A stretch of DNA of 64,000 nucleotides from Octopus sinensis (Eukaryota). This document shows positions 1-12,034 of the stretch, piece after piece (positions within the stretch are counted from its first letter, which is position 1; each line of letters starts with the position of its first letter). Position numbers and translations under genes: made by a program. The notes below the pieces were generated by a model. It made no database searches and was not told the DNA's origin. It saw only the letters and a list, made by a program, of their open reading frames with translations. The stretch spans positions 1 through 64,000 of the forward strand of contig NW_021832276.1 in assembly GCF_006345805.1 (NCBI RefSeq), given 5' to 3'.

Positions 1-761
1 AGTGTGAACCTTGACTTTGTGCATATCGTTCTGTTTAGGATACGTTGCATATAACATATCTCAAATATACCAGTTTACTGAATATCACCAAAAAGTTTGC
101 TATAGTTAATACGAAAAATATATCCCAGTTTTATTCATATATATGGGTTCTGTGTTTGAAAAAAACTATTTCAGCAATAGGTTTCAAGAGTTAAGCAAAG
201 TATGTAAAAGGATATCTATAAATAACAACAAAGAAAAAAGATGTTGCGTTAACCTAAATGGGCTGGTTTATGAAACGAGAATAGTTCGGGAATAATTCTC
301 CTTTTCAAATACAAGAGAGTAAATAGTTAAATGGTTTTGGTGTTACGTGTTATCAATGAAAGGCCATTCGAGTGTGGTGGAGATGAAATCAATGAACAAT
401 TACGGTATTCATAGTTATAGTTGGTTAAGATAAATAGTTTCCGTAGCAGCATATAGTGGTGCTATTGCAGTAGGGACAGTGGTGAGTGACGTGGGATAAC
501 AATTCAGTGCTTGTGGCAGTATGAGAAACATCCATTAGGAATAAGTGAAATTAAACTGAAGTCAGTGGTGAAGCTAATATTAGAATTTCTTTTTAAAGAG
601 GGTAGTACGTACTAAGCAATCATATTGTTTATACCATTACAATAAACACACACGTACATACATACGTGTATGCATATATATATATGATTGTGATATATAT
701 ATATATGTGTGTGATTGTGATATATATATATAATATATATATATATATATTATATATCACA

Positions 762-1125
762 ATCATCATCATCATCTGGTGGACAGTGATCGGGTGGTTT
801 TCACCCGCACACGCCATACGACGTTGTACTGCATAAATTGAGAAAGGTGTTCAGAGAGGCGATTAGTGTCTCGGATGAGGTCATCTGCAAACATTGTTCG
901 CACGACCTCCAAGAGTATGGCCACGCCTTTACATCCATAGCCCCAGGCCACTTGTCAGCTAACCTTCAGCTCATCAGCAATGTCCTGCGAAGTGCAAGGA
1001 CCTTTCCCTTAGAATGGTAGAAATAAATTTGTTTGTTGATGAGATGATTTCTCCAAGATGTGCCTGAGGCTCCTCTTAACATTCGTATCTAAGACCCTTC
1101 TCGTTTGGATTGCAGCTTTTTCGTA
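762..1125 (-). mobile_element. RTE-clade LINE, 3' end remnant (frameshifted, with stops)
   Basis: Minus-strand translation gives RMLRGASGTSWRNHLINKQIY / ISTILRERSLHFAGHC / FADDLIRDT...VVWRVRVKTTRSLSTR*, followed by a (GAT)n tail at 762-776. This matches the recalled RTE ORF C-terminal pattern (RMLR..SW..H..N..LY; LRFAGHC; D..WR..V). Confidence 0.75.
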
Positions 1126-1327
1126 ATGGGTAATTGCAAATCAATAAATATGCATACGTATTTGGGTGCTTATATGTTTAGGTGTTGAATACCTGTATCT
1201 TTATGGTATTAGTAGTGGGTAAATTGGGAGAGTATTGATGGGAAAGCATACTTAATAAATGTGCGAATACATATATAGATACATACATACATACATACAT
1301 ACATACATACATACATACATACATACA

Positions 1328-1363
<36 letters not shown>

Positions 1364-1649
1364 TATATACATACATATTTAAAATGAGGGTGAGGAATTA
1401 GATATTAATTTAATTAACATCGATTACACATTTATGTAAGTAAAATTACGTAATAGGTTAATAGTGAAACATGTATGCGAATAATCCATATTTATCTTGC
1501 TTTTTCTTTTGTCGTGCTCGATTACGGTTTGGATGTTTTGCTAAAATTTTCTTGAGAATATTTCTTAGTGGTAAGGCCATAGCGAATCTATTTCTAGGAT
1601 AAGGGTGTCTACATAGTGGTTTCCCTCTAATATGTATATATATACATAC

Positions 1650-1720
<71 letters not shown>

Positions 1721-2129
1721 ATACGCATACAGGCACATATATATATACGTATTATATATGTACATATATAAACATATATATATATATATAGATAGATAGA
1801 TATAAAACACTACACCACATCATGTCACACAACACAACACCAGATCAAACCACATCACATCGCATCACACTACCCCGCACACACTAGCACTGATCACGTC
1901 CCAGCACCCACATCATCATCCACATACCTACACATTGCAGATGCACACACTTACACACGCACATATTCAAACGCCAAGGTCACCAGCCCCTATCCACACG
2001 CACACACACACACTCACATAAAAGGAAAGGGGAGAGAGAAAGAGAGGTGGAATATATATATATATATATATAATTATATTATATGTATGTATATATAATA
2101 TATATATATATATATAATATATATATATT

Positions 2130-2167
<38 letters not shown>

Positions 2168-2194
2168 ATATATGTATATGTGTGTGTGTTGTGT

Positions 2195-2360
2195 AATTGA
2201 AATTATAGAAAAACACAAGATGAAGGGGTATGAACAAGTGTATTAGTTTGTCACTCGGGAAAAATGAGAAAGTCTTTACGTTTCGATCCTACGTTCTTCA
2301 ACAGAAAAGAATATGAGAAAATAGAGAGTGAATAACTGTAGGTTTCAGCGGTCCAGCATA
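2195..2360 (-). mobile_element. PLE terminal repeat (pLTR) fragment, family A, containing a hammerhead-like motif
   Basis: The reverse complement matches 8640-8820 and 52050-52245 (ctgttgaagaNcgtagNNtcgaaacgtaaa(a)gact...ctaatac). It abuts (TA)n and (TG)n tracts. Confidence 0.65.
2273..2309 (-). ncRNA. Hammerhead-like ribozyme motif, family A (degenerate copy)
   Basis: Reverse complement reads tctttt CTGTTGA A GAAC GTAG GATC GAAA C GT A aagac. Stem II has one mismatch and stem I is weakened. Confidence 0.4.
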
Positions 2361-2362
2361 TG

Positions 2363-2409
<47 letters not shown>

Positions 2410-2414
<5 letters not shown>

Positions 2415-2545
2415 AACCTTTACAAATATAAATAACGTGAAATACACGAAGGGACGAATAAGAGACAGAGGGTCATTCAAAGCCTTCGTTCTTCAGTCAG
2501 AAACCGATTCGTCATCGCAAATTTCGGCTGTTTAATTCTGATGTA
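2410..2545 (-). repeat. Fragment of dispersed repeat family B (related to 52478-53689)
   Basis: Reverse complement aattaaacagccgaaattgcgatgacgaatcggtttctgactgaagaacgaaggctttgaatgacc aligns with attaatcagccgaaattactacgatgatccggttcttgactgaagactgaggggttcgaatgtcc at about 52780 and 53555. Confidence 0.55.
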
Positions 2546-3335
2546 TATATATATATATATATGTATATATTTATATATACAGACCCAGACACATGCACAC
2601 ACATACACACACATATGTATGTATCACAGGAGGAGAGTTTTGTATATTTGTCTATGTATACAAACACACACATACGCATACGCGTGTGTAAGTCAAAAGT
2701 TGTGCATGAAGAGACAATGGTAAATATTAGATGGTTACAGTACTCAAGTAGACAATCGAAAATATATAGGTCTAAAATAGACAACAGATATTAGATAGGC
2801 CTCTTAATATGGCAGCATATAAGAATGAGATTAGAGACAGTTGAATTACTTCGGCTAAGTAAACTCTCATAGCTAGGCCAGTGTGTGAGTGTGAGCGTGA
2901 GCGTGTGTGCCGGTAGGCAAATGGCTATATGGGCACAGACTTTTTTTTGCATGCTATGACGTTCACATCGTTAACGGGTATTCCGAGGTGGCAATTTGGC
3001 CAAACAGCTACGCTTCTAAAGAGTATATCTTTGCATTGTGAATGAAACTCTGCTGAGACACGCCGTAATGTCACCGTATAAGATGCTGACATTAATAATT
3101 CAGAAGTCTTACATTGTTTAGTATGTGACACTGATTCGGCCATAGAATTATGCCAAAGCAATATTCTATGAAATATTCAACCACATGGTTAATGCAGCGA
3201 GAACTTAGCTTACTAAGTTAGCTTACACGTCCATTCAGTCATCAAGTTATGAATATGAACACATACGCGCGGTCTATATGTGTTGTGTGCATGTACATCT
3301 ATGTCTAGAAATACATGTCAGTGTACACGCACACA

Positions 3336-3400
<65 letters not shown>

Positions 3401-3807
3401 ATATGCAATTAAGAGAAGAAATGGAGAGTTAATGATTAATGATTAATTTATTAACTTCTTGATAATCATTTCTACAACTGTTTAAATTAACATTCAATGA
3501 ATTACAAATTTATGTAATGCATTTGCTTCCATAGGTTGTGAGCAAAATATCATCAGGAAAATACATAGTGAACAATTTTTTCCATCCAACAGACTCACGT
3601 ATATATATGAAATTAAATAAGGGTAGAAATTGATATTAATCAATTAAAACCAATGTGTTTTTTGCTGAAATTTTTTCTTGAGAACACTTTCTTCGTGGAA
3701 AATGGCGATTTTGACGTCCATATCTAGCATATAGGCTGTCCACTTTTAGTGGTCAGTCCTCTAAATTTTGTATATATATACAAAGATGGCCTCTCTAATA
3801 TATATAC

Positions 3808-3839
<32 letters not shown>

Positions 3840-4115
3840 GAGAGAGAGACAGATGTGTGTATGTATATGTATAGATGTGTGTATGTATATGTATAGTTAT
3901 ACATATGTCTACGTACGTTTATAATCATACATTTATATTCCAAAATGAATAACTTTTAACTTTTCTCAATGGCACTTGTCGAAGTAAATGCAGATTGGTT
4001 GGGTGTGATTTTAATGGAAAGTTCAAGTAAATTTCCCTGCAATAATAACTGGCTGGAAGGAAGAAATATAACCAAAATTTAATAAAGCACGAGATGTGAT
4101 ATATTAAACAGAGTG

Positions 4116-4185
<70 letters not shown>

Positions 4186-4689
4186 TATATAATTATATAT
4201 GTATTATATATACAATGCACATGTATATGTGTGTGGTCTGGCTGTGCGTTTTCAGGAGGCGCGTGTGTTCATATATGTGCGTGTGTGTGTGTGTGTGTGT
4301 GTGTATGTATGGGTATGTATGTGTATATATATATATATATATCATACAATTAGTGTTAACTTTCAGGCTATAGAGCAGTGATGTTCAAGAAGTTTATATT
4401 TGGTTTGGCAGTTTTGTTGCTTTCGTAAATAGTATTTCTGAAGACTCTTGATATATTTGCCTAAAGTATTGAACAAATATTCTATACCAAATCCTTACAC
4501 ATAATATTGGATAAATATAAACATGAGATCATTTCCAGGCCAATGAAGTATTTATTCACGAGGAAACAGTACCTTCCTAACTCATTCACTACGTATGTAT
4601 ATGTATTTTTGTCAAAAACATTACATCTCAATTTATATTCTATCTTGTTCTATACTAATCATGTCAACCATTTTTGTACCTTTATATAT

Positions 4690-4752
<63 letters not shown>

Positions 4753-4809
4753 TGTGGTGTATGTGTGTGTGTGTGTGTTGTGTGTGTGTGTGTATGTGTG
4801 TGTGTAAAA

Positions 4810-6000
4810 CAAAATATAATAAAAAACTATAGGAGACTTGAATTATATGGTTGAAAATATATTAAAATCGTCATGTTATGAAAATGTTATAAGATTTTGC
4901 GTATGGGGACGTTGTTTTTTGGAGAAATAGCCGGTTTCGAATTTTTATTTCAACTTTATCAAATTTCATTACCGGTATTGTATCATCTCTTCGTTATGGT
5001 GTGATGTAGAAGAGTTCCAAACAGGTGGAGGTAATCAGAGATTTTTCAGTATAAGTGAGATAATAAAAAATGCTTGGAATGTCTAAGTTTTGTTATTTTA
5101 ACAAGATTTGGTTTTGACAGAATAAAATGTTAGACGTTGTTAAGCTTTGGCTTATATTTTTCAATGGAGTATGTTTCCTTATTTAAAAATGCTATACATA
5201 GTTAGGTTTTTGCATATATTTTTCAATAAAGTTAGTTTCCTTATTTAATCTAATTTGTGTTGGTGTTCCAATGACATATTGATAAAATGGGAAGATTACA
5301 AATTGTGATAGCAGTTGCTCTGCGCATCTCTCAATGTTTTCACTAAAGGGCATAATTCTGTATTCTGAGAATGCAATCTGCTGTCGGTTCAGAGTGCATC
5401 TCCGCCTGAGCGATAATTCTGTGGACTCTATGTAGTTTTGGTGGCAACCCGAGCATCTTAAAACATAATCAGGTTTTCTGAGGTCCAAGTAAAATGAAAT
5501 TTGATTTTGAATTGTTGCCCCTCTTTAAAAAGTAATTCTGATCCTTCTAGAAGATTTGAGCAATTTCGTCGACCACTTTTTTTCCCTTTTTGTCCATTAC
5601 TTTAGAAAATAATTTTGCCTTTGTGAGGATCTTTTTTAGTGACATCAGTTGTTTGTGGCTTTTAATGATCTTTTGTGCGTGATAAATTTCCTATAATTTG
5701 GGGACCTTATGTAGCATTGGTAGATTTGGGGTGAAGATGATGAAGGCTTCTTTGTTTCTGGGGTTGTATGTGGATATGTACAGCAATGTTGAACTTTCCT
5801 TAAGGTTTTTATGTCGATTTGTGTTGCACGTCTGATTCCATCCTCTATGAGTTATACTAGGCAGTGTCTGTCAATTAGGGTATTTTGAGTTCTTCCAGTT
5901 TAAGGTCCCTGCCATTTTTTTTTGACACTATAGTGCATATCCTTGCAAGGTTGAAGGGGCACTTATAGGTTTGATCGTATGTTTGAAATATGGAATCTTA
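4810..6000 (-). mobile_element. Penelope-like retroelement 3' portion: RT thumb/linker + GIY-YIG endonuclease pseudogene + 3' pLTR
   Basis: Minus-strand frames give PFNLARICTIVS..RDLKLEELK, LLYISTYNPRN, KIIKSHKQLMSLKKILTKAK, FKIKFHFTWTSENLI-YVLRCSGCHQNYIESTELSLRRRCTLNRQQI and FVIFPFYQ...RLNKETNFIEKY (ORF 5192-5488). The YVLRCxxC...YIG(E)xT...R pattern is the PLE GIY-YIG motif. The element has multiple stops and frameshifts. Confidence 0.85.
4924..4967 (-). ncRNA. Degenerate hammerhead motif in the 3' repeat of the GIY-YIG PLE
   Basis: Reverse complement reads gaaat TTGATAA agttgaaataaaaattc GAAA C CG G C T atttc. Stem I (gaaat/atttc) is 5 bp and the core is a U3-A8 variant, but U16.1 is C and stem II is weak. 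Confidence 0.4.
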
Positions 6001-6209
6001 CATGCGGTGACACTGCGGCAGTAACAATTGAATAAATCCACCGGACAAAATTATCATCAACTAAAATCAGCGATACCCAGACTTGCAGAAACAGCCTCAC
6101 TCAACGTATGTGTTTTGCTTCAATGCCGGTTTGCTGCCGCAAAGGTTCTGATAAAGAGCATCTGAAGGACAACACACTCATTGCACTGGCTCCTAAAAGT
6201 ACCTGGAAG

Positions 6210-6275
<66 letters not shown>

Positions 6276-6276
<1 letters not shown>

Positions 6277-6570
6277 AATAAATGGTGTGTTAACGCAGGT
6301 ATAAATCAAATATTTTACTCTGTAATCTACTTCTGACGTTATATCATATAACGTTTTTTAAACAATATTAATAGCGTTCAGTTAATCGCTATACAAATCC
6401 ATCATTTTTTGCTAAAATGTCTTATTGACGAATTTCGTTTTTTCACTTTCCTGAAGAGAAGATTGTATTGTTTATACCATTTATTCTTTTGAATAATATC
6501 AGTGGAATTTTCGAAACATGTGTCGAAAGTAAAAATATTTGATTTTACCTGCGTTAAACTCCATTTATTT
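6276..6570 (+). mobile_element. About 295-bp hammerhead-containing unit with about 42-bp inverted termini (probable solo PLE pLTR with inverted end piece)
   Basis: 6276-6318 (aaataaatggtgtgttaacgcaggtataaatcaaatattttac) is the near reverse complement of 6529-6570. The left side abuts (TA)n. The same terminus recurs at 41142-41177. It contains the hammerhead at 6445-6530. Confidence 0.65.
6445..6530 (+). ncRNA. Type I hammerhead ribozyme, canonical core, GUC cleavage site (after 6524)
   Basis: Stem I is actttc(6445-50)/gaaagt(6525-30). Core is CTGAAGA(6451-57). Stem II is gaagatt(6458-64)/aattttc(6506-12), with an inner hairpin ttattc-tttt-gaataa. Then GAAA(6513-16), stem III ACATGTGT containing the palindrome ACATGT, and GTC. 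Confidence 0.8.
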
Positions 6571-6729
6571 ATTCATATATTATACAAAAACTTCGACGTA
6601 AACACGAAGTTTCTACCGTTATAAAAGAGTAGTTACAACGTTTTTACTTGTGAGATTTTTTGCTACCCTGGTAACTATTTATTTACTTTTCCGTGTTAAT
6701 TGTAACAAGGTAAAAATACACTATCTATT

Positions 6730-6814
<85 letters not shown>

Positions 6815-6819
6815 ATATG

Positions 6820-6879
<60 letters not shown>

Positions 6880-7539
6880 CATATATATCATATATCATAT
6901 ATATATATATATTATATATACGTAAACTGCAAACTGACACAGATTGCATTGCTTAATATAATATTTCTGGCGCAAACAAAATGATCTACCTGAAACAAAT
7001 AATTAATATATTTATCTTCTACGGATATACATGAATTTACCTGTCCTTTCGTTTGCGTATACTTGCATAACATAATAGATATACAATTTATACAACGATA
7101 ATATAATATAATAAATAATTTTAAATGAACTATTAATAGAAACCATTGTAATATTCTTAGAAATTTTCCCATACTGACCAGAAATATAATTTATAAACAC
7201 AATAAATTACAATAAACGATATTTTCTTTTCTATATTTTCTTTTGAATTTCATTCGAGAAATATTTTAAATAAATTTGTAATTTTAAAAATATAATCTTT
7301 TCAGTGTTCGATAAATTAAAAATAATGAGATTTCTGCTTCAGTATATTTTACAAACATTTTCTAAATGAAAGAGAAAATGAAATAAGAATAACAAGCGAA
7401 CATAATTGAAGAGGTAAAAAATATTATATAAATATATATATATATACTGTATATTTATATATGTGTGTGTATACATGCATATATATACATATGTATATGT
7501 ATATATATATATATATATATACATATATATATACATACA

Positions 7540-8817
7540 TACGGCACGTTTCTCGACATTTTGGTCAGCATTCATCACCCTACTCTCACCACCTCCATCC
7601 ACTACAAACAGACTCACACTCATACCTCAACGTTTCCTCCTCCGACCATAAACACGCGAAGCTCTCCATCCCCTATTCCCAATTCCTCCGTCTGCGCAGG
7701 CTCTGCAGTGACAACCATAACTTTAAGATACTGTCTCAACTCACGGCTCGCCACTACATTCTAAGTTTATATCCTCTCACCACTATCCACACCCTTGCCC
7801 TGGAACGTGCATCTGCGCTCCTCCCACACACCCGTTCTGCCTCCCGTTTCTCCCCTTTCCCCTCACCTACCACCCCTCGTACCTACCACTCCTACCACTC
7901 TCTGAAAATTCCGGCGACTCCAGTCCGACACCTCCTATTCGCAGCTCTTCCCTAACTGACCCTCCACGCCTTGAAACGAGTCCACAACCTAGGTGACCTC
8001 CTGTTTCCCAGTTTCTTCCCTAACCCAACCTCCCAAGCCGGCTTGTTCCCCTCCTCTCCACTCTCTTCCTCTCACACCTACATCCTCCCTTCACTCCCAC
8101 TAACCTCTCCTCTCTTCTCTTGCTCTAACACCTCCTTCCTTTCTTCTCTCCTACCCACCTTCTCCCATCCACATTCATCGTCACCCCGCCATTGTTACCC
8201 ACCCCTACACATTCCTATTCCACCATCTCTGTACTTCCCCCACCCCATCCCACACACTCCACTCACTCATACACAACCCCACTCTCACACACAACTCCTA
8301 CACACCCCACCCGTAACCCAACCTTAACCTTAACACACACCCCAACGTTGCTTCAGCCACACCCCGACACCACCACACCACACCACATCATGCCACTCCA
8401 CGCCACATACCACCGCACCACGCATCCACCACACCACACACCACCACACACCACCATACTACACTACACCACATCACACCGCCCCGCACATGTCAAGGTT
8501 ACCAGTCCCCTTCCACACTCACATACACGCTCTAACATGCATACGCACGCGCACCTGCGTTTTGGGATCACCACTATTTTATTATCTCCCCTTCTTCCTA
8601 GCTCTCCTATCTGACAACCTCTGTCTGGCATTCACCATGATTGATTGCTAGCCACTAAACCTTTTCTTTTTATTTTCTCTCTCTGTTCCTTTCTGTTGAA
8701 GAGCGTAGCCTCGAAACGTAAAAGACTTTCTCACTTCCATAGCGTTAAACTAATACATATGTTTGTTGTTTACACACCCGTCTTCGTCTTTTGTTTTGTT
8801 TGTTTCTTTTTGTAAAT

Positions 8818-8820
<3 letters not shown>
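7540..8820 (+). mobile_element. Penelope-like retroelement remnant (RT C-terminus/linker, low-complexity tract, family-A pLTR end)
   Basis: Frames give [61 protein letters not shown] (ORFs 7465-7764 and 7461-7955) and LKRVHNLGDLL (7971). These are typical PLE RT-thumb and linker motifs. They are followed by C-rich and (CACAC)n tracts and the pLTR end shared with 2195-2360 and 52050-52245. Confidence 0.85.
8689..8724 (+). ncRNA. Hammerhead-like ribozyme motif, family A
   Basis: Reads cttt CTGTTGA A GAG cgtagc CTC GAAA C GT A aaag. Stem I is cttt/aaag, stem II is GAG/CTC, and stem III is the palindrome ACGT. Confidence 0.5.
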
Positions 8821-8849
<29 letters not shown>

Positions 8850-9006
8850 CTATATAGAATATATATATATATATTCATATATATATTGACATATTATACA
8901 TATATATGTATGCATATATATATTTGATATATGTATCTACTTAGATATGTAGGAAGTATATATATGTATATATATATATATATACTATATTATATATATA
9001 TATATA

Positions 9007-9050
<44 letters not shown>

Positions 9051-10705
9051 CGTTTGCATATATTTCTATTTGTGTGTTTTTAAGTGTGTGTATGGTTTTC
9101 GAGTTAATTTGACCAAAGTCAGAAACTGAGGACAACCACCATCTTTTCAATTCTATAATGTAAAATAAGCTTAAATTCTTTTGTCTAGTATTAGATACAT
9201 TTAGCAACAAAACAATCATCGATATACACACGCTTACTCATTTACACACAGACATATATGAGAATTTCTATAATTTACCCCTCTCGTACTCCACTCCTAA
9301 GACAGTGATCAACAAGAATCTATAGACGAAGCCACTTGCTAAAATTGCTGTGCAGTTATAGTGAACTTGATAGTACGTAATTTTGAAACTATGTACTTAA
9401 TCACTTAATAAAGCCTGCGTCTTAACACACAAACACGCGTACATCTACGCACACATTCACACATGTGTATGCAAAGATAACTTTAATGTAAGAATAGTAA
9501 ATATATTTTTAAATGCGGACGTTATCTGGAATATACCTCAACGTGTCGGTTGCATTGGATACAAATGTTCATCATAACACAAATTGACAATCGATAGACA
9601 CAATAATTGGCGTCGTGTAGTGTTTCTACCACCTCATTTTCAATACCATTATATAAATTCAAAATGAAAGGCTACAAGTTCACTAAATGGAGAGAAACGG
9701 GTAATATTTCAATTAAAGACATCTTATTAATTCTACAAATCGATCCTGTTGATCTTTCTTTCTCTCGCGAAGTGATAAAACTATGGCGTACTTATCTTAT
9801 TTATATTTCACGACGGCGAACCTATATAATTAAAGGTATATTTATAAATCATGACTTTATTACAAAGGTATAGTACACTTCTCAATACAAAATTAAGGAT
9901 TTCCACATGTCCCAACCACTTTCTATCTCCCTCTCTTTTCTCTATTGCTCTCTTAGACACTCATTCTCTCCGCGACTTTCGACATTTGTAAATGTCATCC
10001 TGTGGTATTTAATCGATAAGCGTTATATTTATATGAACTCGAACACAGTGAAGAGTCTCTCTTTAAAGGAGAGGCCAATGCATTTTATCTTCTCTTGAGT
10101 TATTACATGAAAACTAAATATTTCGTTATAATCAAGTAACATGTTAGACAGGGAGACGATACTTATGATTAAAGTGCACATACATATTTTGATTTCAAAT
10201 ATGCGGAATAGGCATTGGAAATACTTTTGACTGGAATATTTTTCCTGAAGTTAAAGGGATGATACTAAATATATTTTATAGTATCAGACACTGATTTCAA
10301 AAATGCTCTTTATTTTGCACAGTTGAGCAGTTGGCCGAGAAATCGCAAAGTTTGTAAAGAGTTAATAAACTAACTTTGAAATATCACTTCTTTATTCAAG
10401 CCATGTAATCATTTACTAATCAGACAATGTGTGGAGGATTTGCAAACAGTTACCACAGATCGCATAGTAATGGAATAGTTTCAGGTCTTCATTGTAGTAG
10501 TGATGAAGGATTGAATCCTCTCTTTGTTTGACAGCCATTTTACTTAAAATGATTTAATGCCAAAGCCAAACTTCTTGAGATGATGAAGTGCTTGTGAGTA
10601 TATAAATTGCAGATAGTAATTAGAAACAAAATTAATTATCAACTTTATATACCGAATGCCCACATACTTTGATGCATACACAATACACACATACCCATTC
10701 AGATA

Positions 10706-10746
<41 letters not shown>

Positions 10747-11099
10747 CATACATACACATTTTCATATATGTATATATATGCATATATATAATATACACAT
10801 GCACACACGTATAGCTGTACAAACACACGCATGCTCACGCGTCCCCACCACCCACCTGCATGTGTATATACGAGTATTTTCATCTATGGTTGAATGCGTA
10901 CTTTTGTACATGTATGTGTAATTATTTCAGCATATAATAAATGTGGTCTTACCTGTGCTGCAACGAAAGACGCTTAAATTAAGCAGCTTACCTGAAACGA
11001 GAAAAGTAGGCAATACAGAAAATAGCTTTAGTTATTTTTTAAAGCAATAACAAAACATTTGTAACCTTGCCCATCATCACCATCAACAATTTGTTGTTC

Positions 11100-11105
11100 T
11101 TGTTG

Positions 11106-11159
<54 letters not shown>

Positions 11160-11214
11160 TATTATTATTATTATTATTATTAATATTATTATTATTATTA
11201 TTATATTATTATTA

Positions 11215-11249
<35 letters not shown>

Positions 11250-11281
11250 GGATTATTATTATTGTTATTGCTATTATTATT
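11100..11281. repeat. (GTT)/(ATT)n trinucleotide microsatellite
   Basis: Direct inspection. Confidence 0.95.
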
Positions 11282-11861
11282 GGGTGAGAGAGCAGTGCAT
11301 GTCATCAAAGTGACACTGGGGTAAAATGTACGAATCCCAGTATACCCATCATGACTACCCGTCTGATAAGGTTACACCAGGCACATGCATCACAACCACA
11401 TGTGCGTGACATGGTGATCTCATATCAAGATAAACAGCACATGACCTTGCAGGTGGGGCCCAGTTAGAATTTTTTCTGGTCGAGTAACCCATCCTGCCCA
11501 GAAGATCCCTGAATAAGGATTTTAAAGGATGTTGAACGAAACACCCATGTTTCCAAAGGTGAATTATCCAAACCTCTAAGAATTCCTTTCGACACACGGC
11601 TATGATGCTCCCCCACTACCTCTGCTCGTTTTCAGAGAAGCACATATCGTCAGCTACTAAGGGACATGCTCAACTGGTTAAGGTCAAACAACTAACAAGC
11701 AAATCTATGGTATTGAACAGAATATTTGCTGTAGGCCATATTTTATACCAAGACAAAACAATATATATGATTACACTTCCAATCAGTTAAGATCAGGAGC
11801 CATGTGAACCACTATCTGGTACTGCATCAGGGCAAGTGCCACTGTCTGGTACTGCATCAGT
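11282..11861 (-). mobile_element. About 580-bp non-coding interspersed element embedded in (AAT)n; SINE-like or non-autonomous LINE partner
   Basis: A higher-complexity block flanked on both sides by (ATT)n. The minus strand ends ...gcactgctctctcaccc-aataataat, and one end carries a short tandem duplication (ctggtactgcatcag twice, 11816-11860). No ORF. The family assignment is from recall of Octopus repeats only. Confidence 0.5.
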
Positions 11862-11902
11862 ATTATTATTATTATTGTATTTTATTATTATTATTATTAT
11901 TA

Positions 11903-11942
<40 letters not shown>

Positions 11943-11973
11943 TTATTATTATTATTATTATTATATTATTATT

Positions 11974-12033
<60 letters not shown>

Positions 12034-12034
12034 A
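11862..12034. repeat. (ATT)n followed by (GTT)n microsatellite
   Basis: Direct inspection. It explains the poly-Y/I/L/V ORFs at 11804-12111. Confidence 0.95.
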
